NCBI GenBank assembly: GCA_965223905.1
Contig: CBDCXV010000011.1
Location: 448,001 to 512,000, forward strand
DNA: 64,000 bases
Direction of reading: 5' to 3'
Origin: Candidatus Latescibacterota bacterium
GTDB taxonomy: Bacteria > Latescibacterota > UBA2968 > UBA8231
Numbering within the stretch: position 1 is the stretch's first letter; each line of letters begins with the position of its first letter. Under the pieces are notes generated by a model. That model was given only the letters and a program-made list of their open reading frames with translations. It was not told where the DNA came from and made no database searches. The translations under genes were made by a program, and so were the position numbers. This document shows positions 11,069 to 20,277 of the stretch, in pieces.

Positions 11069-14000
11069 CAGCCCGTCGCCCCGGCGGCGCTGTTGCCGCC
11101 TTCCTCCGCTTTCCCGGCGAGGCGCGCGATCTCCCGCCGCACCTGCGCGGTGACCTCCCTGTAGACCTCGTAGTTCCCCAGGCGCTGGCGGCGGGCGGCG
11201 TACGGGGCCATCTCCACGGGGGGTCCGAAGTTCAGCCGCACCGGGTTGCGGCGGGGAAAACGGCCGTGTTTCGGCAGCGCTTCCCGGGTACCGAGGACGT
11301 GCACCGGCACGATCGGCAGGTCGAGCTCCACCGCCAGCAGACCCACCCCGGTCCTGAACGGCTGCAGCCGGCCGCTCGGGGACCGCGTTCCCTCCGGAAA
11401 GACCAGCAGCGGCCTGCGCACCCCGATCAGGCGGCGCAGGGCCAGCAGGCTTTCGAGGAACTCCTCCTGCCGGTCGAAGGGGACGGCGTCGAGCATGGTG
11501 TGCAGGAACCAGCTCAGCAGCGGCGACCTGGAGAAGTAGTCCCTTGCCGCGGCGAGGCTGAGGCGGTCGACGTGAGGCCTGACCGCCAGCAGTATGGAGG
11601 GGGCGTCGAGATGGCTCGAGTGATTGGCTGCGATCACGTAGGGACGGTCGGCTGGAAGGTGCTCCAGTCCCCTGGCCTTCAGCGAAAAATAGAGGCGGAA
11701 CAATCCCCCACCGGCGCTCCAGAATGCTTCCCGCAGGGCGCCGGAACCGCCTTCGGCCGGGCGCCGGTGTTCCCTGTTCCCGTCTTCTCCCCGCAGCGCC
11801 CGGGTCCAGTACCCGCCCTCGTTCACGGAGGAAACGACCTCCTTTCCCGCGTCCGCAAACAGAGGCTCCAGTTTATCCATCAGGCTTCTCAGCGTGGGGC
11901 TGCGGTGGATCTCCCGGGGAAGCGAACGGCCGAGCGTCTCCTCGACGACCGCGGCGAACTCGACCGACATCAACGAATCGAGCAGGCTGTTGAGGGGGGC
12001 GTCGCCGTGGGCGAGCACCTCTGCCGCCGTCAGTCCCGTTATCCTGCTCAGCAGGTCGTAGACCGACCTCTCCCACGGCGCCAGGCTTTCGTCGACCTCG
12101 ACCTCGGCGCCATGCAGCTGATGCTGCAGCTCCTCCAGCACCCGGGTCCGGTCGACTTCACCGGCGTGGTTGCGCGGCAGCGGCCGGCTGCGCACGTGCA
12201 GGCGTTGAATCCGCTGGTAGGTCGGCAGGTGGCGGGAAATCCCGTACGCCGCCTCCTTCACCCTCGCGGCCGCGGCTTCCCCGGCCCCCTCCTCCAGGAC
12301 CGCCACTCCGTGAGCTTCCTCGCTCAGGGTGCGCGGCGACCTCACCCCGACTACGCTCAGCTCCGCCACCTCGGGCAGGCCGCGGTACAGCCCCTCCACT
12401 TCACCGGGGTAGACGTTTTTGCCCGCGCCGGTGACGATCAGGTCCTTGCAGCGGCCGGTGATGAACAGGTACCCGTCGTCGTCGAGGTAGCCGATGTCGC
12501 CGCTGTGCAACCAGCCGTCCATGAGGACCTCGGCGGTCAGTTCGGGACTGTCGAGATACCCGGGCATGACGTTGGGCCCGCGCACGAGGATCTCGCCACA
12601 GCCGCGGGGATCCGGCTCGTCGATGCGCAACTCGACCCCGGGCAGCGGGATTCCGACCGATCCCTTCCTGGTCTTCCCCGGCGGGTTGACGGTGACGATG
12701 GGGGACGTCTCTGTAAGGCCGTACCCCTCGTACACGGTAACCCCCATGCGCCGGTAGCTCTCGAAGATTCCCGAAGCCAGGGGCGCGCCCCCGCTGACGA
12801 CGAGCTTGAGCCTGGAAATCAGGGCGGCGCTGTCGCGATTCAGGGCGTTGCGCTCCTCCTCGCCGTGCCTGCCGAGACGTTCGATGCGATCGGCGAGGAT
12901 TTTCAGCAGCCGGGGCACCGCGAGCAGCGCCGTCGTGCCGGTCTCCCGCATCGTTTCGAGGATGACCCGGCTGTTGAGGGTCTCGAGGTAGGTGATCGTC
13001 GCCCCGCTGAGCAGCGACATCAGCAGCGAGCCGGTGAACTCCAGGCCGTGGTGGAGGGGGAGCAGGGAGAGGACGCGGTCCCCCCTGTCGAGGCGCTGCA
13101 CCTCGGCCAGGGCGAGCAGATCGGAGAGGAAATTGCGGTGCGTCAGCACCACTCCCCTCGGTTCGATCGCGGTGCCGGCCGTGAAGATGATCGACGCCTC
13201 CATCTCCGGGGTGACCTCGGGCGGTTTCCGGTCCCCCTGCGGGGCAGGCTGCGCCTCCTCTGATGCCCCATCCGGCGGCGGGGACGGCCTGCCTTCGTTT
13301 TCGAGGTCGAAGACAGGCAGCGGCCAGCCGGCCAACCCCGACCCCGCTTCGGGGTTCAAAGTCTCGAAGCAGGGGCGCGAGGCGATCAGGCCCCGGGCCC
13401 TGGTGAACGCCGCCAGCTTCCACACCTCCTCCCCGCGGGTCTGCGGGTCGACGGGAACCACCGACAGACCGCCGACCGACGCCGCCATGTAGGCGATCAC
13501 CCACTCGGGACTGTTTGCCGCGTACAGCAGCACGCGGTCGCCCGACTCGAGCCCGCAGCGCTGCCACAAGTCCGCCTGGGCCTCTGCCCGGGCCAACAAC
13601 CCCCCGAAGGCGACCTTCCTCCAGGAATTCCCGCGCTTCATCTGCAGGGCCGTGACCTCCCCGTAGCGGGCGCACGACCAGCGCAGCAGGTCGGGAATCG
13701 TCTGCAGCTCTTCCTCCTGCTGCCAGCGCTCCTCTTCCGAGCCGACCTCGGCCGGCGCCTCGCGGAAGATCTCCTCTTCCCCGGCGTCCCTCAGGACGTG
13801 CCGCCTGAGTCCGGGCAGATGGACGTCGCAGATGTAGCGCTCCCAATCGATGCGCTCGACGTCCATGTTGAAATCCTGCCGCTCCCCTTCCGGCAGACGC
13901 GCGTAGAGCGAGCGGGCGCGGTCGGTGGCAAAGCTGCAGGTCAGGTGGGTGTACGGATGGTAGATGTCGGCGTAGTACAGCACCCTCTGGAGACGGATCT

Positions 14001-15384
14001 TCATCGTCGACAGGAGCCGGCGTTTCTGCGGGGAAGCCCAGCGCCATCCCGAAGGCAGGCGCTTGAGCCACCAGGAATGAAGCGCCAGCGGCAGCGAGTA
14101 CTTGAGCCGGAATTTCAGCCGGAAGCGGCGCACGCCGGGGTAGGTCCAGCTCGCCAGGTGCGGAGCGCGGCCGTCGCGGCCGAGAAGCGGGTTGGCGCTG
14201 AAGTAGGTCACCAGGCTGTCGTAGAGCTGGGAAATCCGCACCGGGTTCCGGCTCGCCGTGGCCGCGTGGTAGACCTGCACCTCCCCGGGGGAGGCCTGGG
14301 TCGCCGCGGCCAGGGTGGTGTTGACGACGACGTCGACCGGGACGATGTCGAGGGCGAGATCGGGCCGCGCCGGAAAATCGGGCAACAATCCCTTGCCGTA
14401 CGCCGCCACCAGGGGATCCATCACCTTCAGCCCGGTGATCCACCCCGGCTCGGGATCCTCGAGGGAGCTTTCGATGATGCTCGGCCGCACGATGACGAGC
14501 GCCTGGCCGTCGCGGTTCCCGACCAGCAGCTGCTCCCCCATCGCCTTGGTGAAGGTGTAGACGTCGTTCCAGCCGTGCTCCCTGGCGCGCCGCATGCCCT
14601 CGTCGACGAGGCGGCGCTCGATCCAGTGCCTGCTTCGGTCCTCGGTGAGCTTCTCGAGCCGGCTCTTCGACAGCGGCCGGGTGCGGTGCTGCCGCAGGAT
14701 GGCGCGCTCGAACCCGCGGCGGAGCGCCTCTCCCCGGCCCTCCTCGTACACCCCCCGGCAGAACTCCTCGCAGTCGGCGATCTCGCGCTCGGGATCGAAC
14801 GGCGCCGACCCGGCACCCGGATTCGCCATCTGGCTGATGTCCCGGTCCAGGGGCAGGGGCTCCTCCGGTATGACCCCGGTAAGGCGGCCGTTGACGTAGG
14901 CGGTGGAGACGTGGACGAAGTCGACCGGCTTGCGGCAGCCTGCGGCGAATTGCAGGAGGGCGAGCGGGCCGTGGGTGTTGAGGCGGATCGAGTCGTCGAG
15001 GGGCTCGTCGAAGACCACGGTCGCGGCGCTGTTGAAGATGGTGTCGATCTCCTGGCGCAGGCGGTCGAGCATCGCCGGTTCGACCCCGAAGTCCGGCTTG
15101 TCCGTGTCCCACGGGACGGCAACGACCTTGGCTGCCTGGGGCGCGAATCCTTCGGGATCTCCGTCGCGGTGGCGGCGGAAGACCGCGTCCTCCGCCAGCA
15201 TCCGCTGCACCCGCTCTTCCGCGGAAAGGGTCTCGCCGTTGCGGCCGCGGCCCGGGCGGGCGAAGGCGTAAATCCGCTCCACCTGCGGCAGGTCGCGAAG
15301 GATTTTCGCGATCAAAGCCTGGCCCAGGAAACCGGTGCCGCCGGTGATCAACAGACTGCGGCCGGCGAAATACTCGCGGATCAT
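11068..15384 (-). CDS. Multidomain lipid enzyme: fatty acyl reductase + AMP-binding domain + ACP + PlsC-type acyltransferase (ElbD-like)
   Basis: TGGTGFLG and YTFTK (FAR); EGYGLTE, SGDIG, GRCKDLI (AMP-binding); LDSL (phosphopantetheine Ser); NHSSHLD and FPEGTRS (acyltransferase). Start is ATG 15384 or GTG 15414. Confidence 0.9.
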   Translation of the reverse strand: MIREYFAGRSLLITGGTGFLGQALIAKILRDLPQVERIYAFARPGRGRNGETLSAEERVQRMLAEDAVFRRHRDGDPEGFAPQAAKVVAVPWDTDKPDFGVEPAMLDRLRQEIDTIFNSAATVVFDEPLDDSIRLNTHGPLALLQFAAGCRKPVDFVHVSTAYVNGRLTGVIPEEPLPLDRDISQMANPGAGSAPFDPEREIADCEEFCRGVYEEGRGEALRRGFERAILRQHRTRPLSKSRLEKLTEDRSRHWIERRLVDEGMRRAREHGWNDVYTFTKAMGEQLLVGNRDGQALVIVRPSIIESSLEDPEPGWITGLKVMDPLVAAYGKGLLPDFPARPDLALDIVPVDVVVNTTLAAATQASPGEVQVYHAATASRNPVRISQLYDSLVTYFSANPLLGRDGRAPHLASWTYPGVRRFRLKFRLKYSLPLALHSWWLKRLPSGWRWASPQKRRLLSTMKIRLQRVLYYADIYHPYTHLTCSFATDRARSLYARLPEGERQDFNMDVERIDWERYICDVHLPGLRRHVLRDAGEEEIFREAPAEVGSEEERWQQEEELQTIPDLLRWSCARYGEVTALQMKRGNSWRKVAFGGLLARAEAQADLWQRCGLESGDRVLLYAANSPEWVIAYMAASVGGLSVVPVDPQTRGEEVWKLAAFTRARGLIASRPCFETLNPEAGSGLAGWPLPVFDLENEGRPSPPPDGASEEAQPAPQGDRKPPEVTPEMEASIIFTAGTAIEPRGVVLTHRNFLSDLLALAEVQRLDRGDRVLSLLPLHHGLEFTGSLLMSLLSGATITYLETLNSRVILETMRETGTTALLAVPRLLKILADRIERLGRHGEEERNALNRDSAALISRLKLVVSGGAPLASGIFESYRRMGVTVYEGYGLTETSPIVTVNPPGKTRKGSVGIPLPGVELRIDEPDPRGCGEILVRGPNVMPGYLDSPELTAEVLMDGWLHSGDIGYLDDDGYLFITGRCKDLIVTGAGKNVYPGEVEGLYRGLPEVAELSVVGVRSPRTLSEEAHGVAVLEEGAGEAAAARVKEAAYGISRHLPTYQRIQRLHVRSRPLPRNHAGEVDRTRVLEELQHQLHGAEVEVDESLAPWERSVYDLLSRITGLTAAEVLAHGDAPLNSLLDSLMSVEFAAVVEETLGRSLPREIHRSPTLRSLMDKLEPLFADAGKEVVSSVNEGGYWTRALRGEDGNREHRRPAEGGSGALREAFWSAGGGLFRLYFSLKARGLEHLPADRPYVIAANHSSHLDAPSILLAVRPHVDRLSLAAARDYFSRSPLLSWFLHTMLDAVPFDRQEEFLESLLALRRLIGVRRPLLVFPEGTRSPSGRLQPFRTGVGLLAVELDLPIVPVHVLGTREALPKHGRFPRRNPVRLNFGPPVEMAPYAARRQRLGNYEVYREVTAQVRREIARLAGKAEEGGNSAAGATG

Positions 15385-15503
15385 CTCGAGACCTGTCCCG
15401 TCATCTCGCGGCACTGCCGGCGCTCGCCCACCCCACTCGGGGGCCTTGCGAGACAGGTGCCTCGGCGGCGCAATCCTGGCAATCCATTTCCGGGACGGAA
15501 CAC

Positions 15504-15764
15504 TTATTGTTCATCCGGGTCGGAGGGGTCGTCTTGTTCATCCGGGTCGGAGGGGTCGTCGGCGCGGAGGCCTTGAGTCGAGAGGTCCGATCCGTTGCCT
15601 TCCTGTTCTGTCCGTTGGCGGTCGGAGCCCTGCGGGGGCTCGAGCCCCTGCCCGGTTATGTACGGGTGCCGGAAATGCTTTCTCAGCGCCTCCAGGAGCG
15701 GCTTGTCCAGCCGGTCCGGGGCGCCGTCGCCGCTGCCGGTTCCGTCTTCGGGACGCCTCGCCAT
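15504..15764 (-). CDS. Small acidic hypothetical protein (about 86 aa)
   Basis: GAAGGA RBS before the ATG; ends in (DDPSDPDEQ)x2; same orientation as the ElbD-like gene. Confidence 0.4.
   Translation of the reverse strand: MARRPEDGTGSGDGAPDRLDKPLLEALRKHFRHPYITGQGLEPPQGSDRQRTEQEGNGSDLSTQGLRADDPSDPDEQDDPSDPDEQ
15507..15560. repeat. Perfect 27-bp tandem duplication
   Basis: TTGTTCATCCGGGTCGGAGGGGTCGTC at 15507-15533 and 15534-15560. Confidence 0.95.
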
Positions 15765-15863
15765 TGCCATTCCTTCAGGTAAACTCACTGAAGATACGGC
15801 GCCCCGTGGTGTCAGCAATTTGAACGGCGGCAGCACCGCCGCGGCAGGGGAGCCCGCACAGGA

Positions 15864-16787
15864 ATGGAAAAGAATCAGACCGCCACGGGACGCTGGGCCA
15901 TCATCGCCAATCCGGCCGCGGCCCGGGGCCGCGCCCCGCTCCTTGCGGCCGCGGCTTCGCGCTACCTTGGCGAACGCGGGATCGCCGCGGACCTGTTGGT
16001 TTCGGAGGGCCGCGGCCACGCCTGCGAGCTCGCCCGCAAAGCGATCGCCGAAGGAGCCGGCCGCATCGTGACGTGCGGAGGGGACGGCACCGTCAACGAG
16101 ATCCTGCCCGCGGTCGCCGGCTCGCGGGCCGCTCTCGGACTGCTGCCTTGCGGAACCGCCAACGACTTCGCGCGCGCCCTCGGGATACCGCGGCAACCGC
16201 GTCGGGCGCTGCGCAACCTGGTCGAGGGACGCGAGGTCCGCGTCGACCTCGGGGCCTGCGGCGACCGCTACTTCTGCACCGTCGCCGCCTGCGGGTTCGA
16301 CGCCGAGGTCAGCGAGGCGATGCGCGAGGGCCGCCGCCTGCCGGGAACGGCAGGGTACCTCTGGGCGGCGCTCCGCCACTTGTTCCGCTTCGAGCCGGCG
16401 AAGGTGGCGGCGACGGGGGATTTCGGCCGCCTGGAGACCGAGGTGCTGCTGGTCGCCGCGGCGGTAACGCGAAGCTACGGCGGCGGCATGCGGATCGCTC
16501 CGCACGCCGATCCCGCGGACGGGAGGTTCGACGTCGTCATCATCGGCCCGGTCGCCAGAAGAACGGTGGTGGCGATGCTCCCCCGCCTGTTCCGGGGCAG
16601 CCACGTCGGGCATCCCGCGGTGCGCATCGAGCGTTCCTCGTTCCTCGAGATCGAGACACCGGGCGGCGCCCGGCCGCTGTACGCCGACGGCGAGCCCCTG
16701 GGAGAGACGCCGGTTTCCCTGCGCATCGCCCCGGGGTCGCTTCGCGTCATTGTTCCGCGGCCCCCGGCCCTCGGGATGCCGCCGTGA
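15864..16787 (+). CDS. Diacylglycerol/lipid kinase family (DagK/YegS-like)
   Basis: NPAA, GGDGTVNE, PCGTANDFARALG, YGGG, ADGE. Confidence 0.9.
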   Translation: MEKNQTATGRWAIIANPAAARGRAPLLAAAASRYLGERGIAADLLVSEGRGHACELARKAIAEGAGRIVTCGGDGTVNEILPAVAGSRAALGLLPCGTANDFARALGIPRQPRRALRNLVEGREVRVDLGACGDRYFCTVAACGFDAEVSEAMREGRRLPGTAGYLWAALRHLFRFEPAKVAATGDFGRLETEVLLVAAAVTRSYGGGMRIAPHADPADGRFDVVIIGPVARRTVVAMLPRLFRGSHVGHPAVRIERSSFLEIETPGGARPLYADGEPLGETPVSLRIAPGSLRVIVPRPPALGMPP

Positions 16788-16897
16788 CCGCAGCGCGCCG
16801 CCGGACATTGGCGATCCAAAAAGGGAGGCGGCGAGTCTCTCCTTGCCCGCATCCGCTATTTTCGCCAAATTACAAGACCCCCCACAGCAGCGCTCTG

Positions 16898-16910
16898 CCC
16901 CCCCCCCCCC
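16898..16910. repeat. C13 homopolymer upstream of the MCE operon
   Basis: 13 consecutive C, ending 38 nt before the ATG at 16948. Confidence 0.85.
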
Positions 16911-16947
16911 ACTCGTCCCATTCCCCCCTTTTGAGCCGTGACGCCCC

Positions 16948-17919
16948 ATGGCATCCCGGGCCCAGAAAATCCGTCTGGCCGTCTTCCTGCTTTCCGCCGC
17001 CGGCGTGCTTCTGCTGTTCCTGTTCTACGTGGCCGGTCGCAGCGTCCTCACACCGCGGCAGACCTACTTCATCGATTTCCCCGATTCGATCGGGGGACTT
17101 CGGCGCGGGGACAAGGTCAAGTACCTCGGGATCGAAGCCGGACGCGTCGAGAACACCTCGATCTCCCCTGACGATCACTCGGTGATCGTCGTCGAGATCT
17201 CCATCGAGGGGGACAAGGTCCCCAACGTCATCCGCGAAGACACCCGGGCGCGGCTGAAAAGCGTCGGCCTCACCGGGTTGAAGCACATCGAGCTCGTCTC
17301 CGGATCGCCGGACTCGCCGGTGCTCCCTCCCGATTCCCGCATAGCCTCGAGTCCGACCTTCCTGTCGGAAATGGGCGACCGCGCCGAGGAGCTGACCGAC
17401 AAGTTTGGAGTTCTGCTCGATAACGTGACCGAGATGACCGACCGGGAAAACAGCGCCCGGCTCAACCGCATGCTCGCCACGGGCAGCGAGTTCACCGCCA
17501 GCGCCAACGAGTTGATGAACGACAACCGCCGGCAGATCGACGAAAGCTTCCGCAACCTCGCGGCCATGACCAGGTCGCTCGCCGGGGCCGCGGCCTCCCT
17601 GCACACAACCATGGACTCGGTGAACGCCCTGGTCACCGACGGCGAACTGCGCGGCACCCTCACCGACCTGCGCCGAACCAGCCGTTCCCTGCAGCTTCAG
17701 ATGGAGGGGCCGGTTCCGCAGCTGCTGGCCAACCTCTCGCGCATGGCCGGCAACATCGACACCACCTTCATGCGACTGGACCGCACCGTGATGCAGGGCC
17801 GCAGGAACTTCCTCGACGCGATCCAGGACCTCCAGGAAACCATGCTCAACGTCCGCCAGGCGACGGAGCTGATCCGGGAGAACCCCTCGATCCTGATTCG
17901 CGGCCGCGCCGATCGCTAG
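16948..17919 (+). CDS. mlaD: MCE/MlaD family protein with long helical C-terminus
   Basis: N-terminal TM; GLRRGDKVKYLGIEAGRV; GLTGLKHIEL; ENPSILIRG end. Confidence 0.88.
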   Translation: MASRAQKIRLAVFLLSAAGVLLLFLFYVAGRSVLTPRQTYFIDFPDSIGGLRRGDKVKYLGIEAGRVENTSISPDDHSVIVVEISIEGDKVPNVIREDTRARLKSVGLTGLKHIELVSGSPDSPVLPPDSRIASSPTFLSEMGDRAEELTDKFGVLLDNVTEMTDRENSARLNRMLATGSEFTASANELMNDNRRQIDESFRNLAAMTRSLAGAAASLHTTMDSVNALVTDGELRGTLTDLRRTSRSLQLQMEGPVPQLLANLSRMAGNIDTTFMRLDRTVMQGRRNFLDAIQDLQETMLNVRQATELIRENPSILIRGRADR

Positions 17920-17929
17920 CTCCGTGCCG

Positions 17930-18721
17930 ATGCCTGTGTCCATCCCCAGTTGCTCCCGGTACCTGCGGTCGGCGGCGATCGCCCTTGCCGCCGCCTTCAT
18001 CTCCTGCACGAGCCTGATCGGCGGCAAGGCCGAGATCCGCGAAAAGCGCAAGTTCATCATAGAGTCGGCGCCGTTGTCGCTGAACCTGCCGAACTCGGAG
18101 CGCCCCTACGCCCTGCACGTCGAGGTCGGCAAGTTCGACATCTCCAGGCTGTACGACCGCAACCAGATCATCCTCAGGCAGTCCGCCGAGGAGGTCCGCG
18201 AGAAGGCCCACCACTCCTGGGCGGTGCGGCCCAGCGAGATGATCACCGACGCCGTCGAGGGCTACCTGAAAGAGGCCCGCCTGTTCACCGATATCCGCCA
18301 GGACTTCGTCGACGTCATCCCCGACTACCGGATCACCGGCACCGTCAAGTCGCTGGAACGCCTCGACAGCGGCGACCAGTGGTACGCCAACTTCAGGCTG
18401 TCGGTGCAGCTGGTCGACGGCAGGAACGAGGTCGTCAAGAGATGGGACTTCGACGACGAAGCGGAGCGCGTGTACCACCGGGATTTCGTGCACACGGTGA
18501 CGGCATTCAACGAACTGCTAAGGCGCTACATGTACCGGGTGATCCGCGACATGGACCACATGTTCCTCATCCGCAAGCTGCAGCGGGAGAACCGTCCGTA
18601 CCAGCACATCCTCGACGTGCCGAACGGCCGCGCCTCCGCCCCCGCCGACACCGCGGTCAGCGACAGCACCCGGGACGCCCCGCATCCCGACTACGATATC
18701 ATCCCCGGAAAGGGCCTGTAG
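17930..18721 (+). CDS. ABC-transport auxiliary lipoprotein (PqiC-like)
   Basis: Lipobox-like FISC; YDRNQII...WAVRPSEM pattern; directly follows mlaD. Confidence 0.75.
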   Translation: MPVSIPSCSRYLRSAAIALAAAFISCTSLIGGKAEIREKRKFIIESAPLSLNLPNSERPYALHVEVGKFDISRLYDRNQIILRQSAEEVREKAHHSWAVRPSEMITDAVEGYLKEARLFTDIRQDFVDVIPDYRITGTVKSLERLDSGDQWYANFRLSVQLVDGRNEVVKRWDFDDEAERVYHRDFVHTVTAFNELLRRYMYRVIRDMDHMFLIRKLQRENRPYQHILDVPNGRASAPADTAVSDSTRDAPHPDYDIIPGKGL

Positions 18722-18722
18722 C

Positions 18723-20264
18723 ATGCGCTGTTGCCGCTCCGCTCCCACGGCCCTCTGCCTCGCGTTCCCCGCGGTCCTGTTCGTTGCATTCGCCGCGGCC
18801 GACGAGAGCACCTGGTCGGCGCCTCCGGGGCGCGTGCAGCTGGCCGAGGACCCGCAGCTGATCCCCAAGGGGAAGGGGATGCTGTTCGTGCCGATGATGA
18901 GCGTTCCCCACGGCAACGAGCCCAGCTACCAGATCTACAGGAAGGGCGGCGACCTCGTCGGTTCCGCCAGTCCCGGAAGCGGCGTACTGCTGCCCCCCGG
19001 AAGCTACCGGGTGCGCATCGGTTCCGGGGCGATCTCGCAGATGATCAAGAAGACGGTGGAAGTGGTGGAGGGGAGCAGCACCCTGCTCAAACCGGACTGG
19101 TCGGCCCTGGTGATCGACGTCATCGACCAGACCCGCACCCCGGTCAGCGAATCGTACGAGCTCTACCAGGAGGAGACCCAGGAGAACTTCGGCCAGGGGC
19201 TCGGCATCGAGGAAGAACGCGGGGAAAAGGTCCGCACCTGGCTCCTGAAGCCGGGCGTCTACCACGTCGTCAGGGTCGGCGAGTCGTTCTCGACCATCCG
19301 CAAGTTCAGCGTCCGGCTGGAACCTGGAAAGCTGGTGCAGCGCGACCTCGTCTACGACGCTTCCTCGGGGAACTTCATCGGTTTCTACGCACGCCCCATG
19401 CTTCCATACGGGACCGCCCGAATCGCCAGGAACGTCACCTCGCAGACCGAGCTCAGCGGATCGACACTGTTCCACACCTCCCAGAACACCGCCGGCGAGG
19501 ACATGTCGAGCACCTCGCTGTCGCTGCAGGTCTTCAACCGGACCCGCTACAGCACCGAGCAGCACTTCGCCAACCTGCGGCTGATCTTCGAGGAGGGGGC
19601 CACCCAGGAGGGAGACAAGGGCTTCCACAAGTCGATCGACAAGCTCGAGCTGCGGGGCACCTACATCTACCGCGTGTCGACCGCGTTCGGCCCCTACCTG
19701 CGCGGGGTGCTCAACACCAAGCTGTTCTCCGACGACATCACGTTCGACCGTCCGTTCGCAGGGGATTTCATCAAATACGGCGCCCTGGAGGACACCCTCA
19801 ACATCATCCCCAACCCGGCGGAGGTGATCCTGTCCCCCGCGTTCTTCCCCCTGCGCCTGCGCCAAGGGGTCGGGATCAACTCCCAGCTGGTGCGCTCGTT
19901 CGCCCTCAACGCCGACGTCCGCCTCGGTTTCGGAGCCCGGCAGACCTACGTCTCCCACTCGTTCGAGCTCGCCTCGAACCAGCGCTCCGCCACCGAGCTG
20001 GAGAACGCCTTCAGCAGAGGCTTCGAGGCGGTGTTCATCACCGACGCGCGCCTGGCCAAATCGATCAACTTCGACTCGGAATTCGACATCCTGATCCCTG
20101 GGGGGAACCGGGACGACTGGGTGTTCAGCTGGCAGAATCGCCTGCGCATCTTCCTCACGAGCTTCATCAACCTCGACCTGGTGGGGGATCTCGAGCGCGA
20201 AGAGACGCTGAAGCGGCTGCAGGGACGGGAGCAGATCCTGTTGCGGTTCTCCCGTTTCTTCTGA
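18723..20264 (+). CDS. Exported hypothetical protein, probable outer-membrane beta-barrel C-terminus
   Basis: Signal peptide; alternating amphipathic strands; C-terminal ...ILLRFSRFF. Confidence 0.6.
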   Translation: MRCCRSAPTALCLAFPAVLFVAFAAADESTWSAPPGRVQLAEDPQLIPKGKGMLFVPMMSVPHGNEPSYQIYRKGGDLVGSASPGSGVLLPPGSYRVRIGSGAISQMIKKTVEVVEGSSTLLKPDWSALVIDVIDQTRTPVSESYELYQEETQENFGQGLGIEEERGEKVRTWLLKPGVYHVVRVGESFSTIRKFSVRLEPGKLVQRDLVYDASSGNFIGFYARPMLPYGTARIARNVTSQTELSGSTLFHTSQNTAGEDMSSTSLSLQVFNRTRYSTEQHFANLRLIFEEGATQEGDKGFHKSIDKLELRGTYIYRVSTAFGPYLRGVLNTKLFSDDITFDRPFAGDFIKYGALEDTLNIIPNPAEVILSPAFFPLRLRQGVGINSQLVRSFALNADVRLGFGARQTYVSHSFELASNQRSATELENAFSRGFEAVFITDARLAKSINFDSEFDILIPGGNRDDWVFSWQNRLRIFLTSFINLDLVGDLEREETLKRLQGREQILLRFSRFF

Positions 20265-20277
20265 CCGCCCCCGACCG

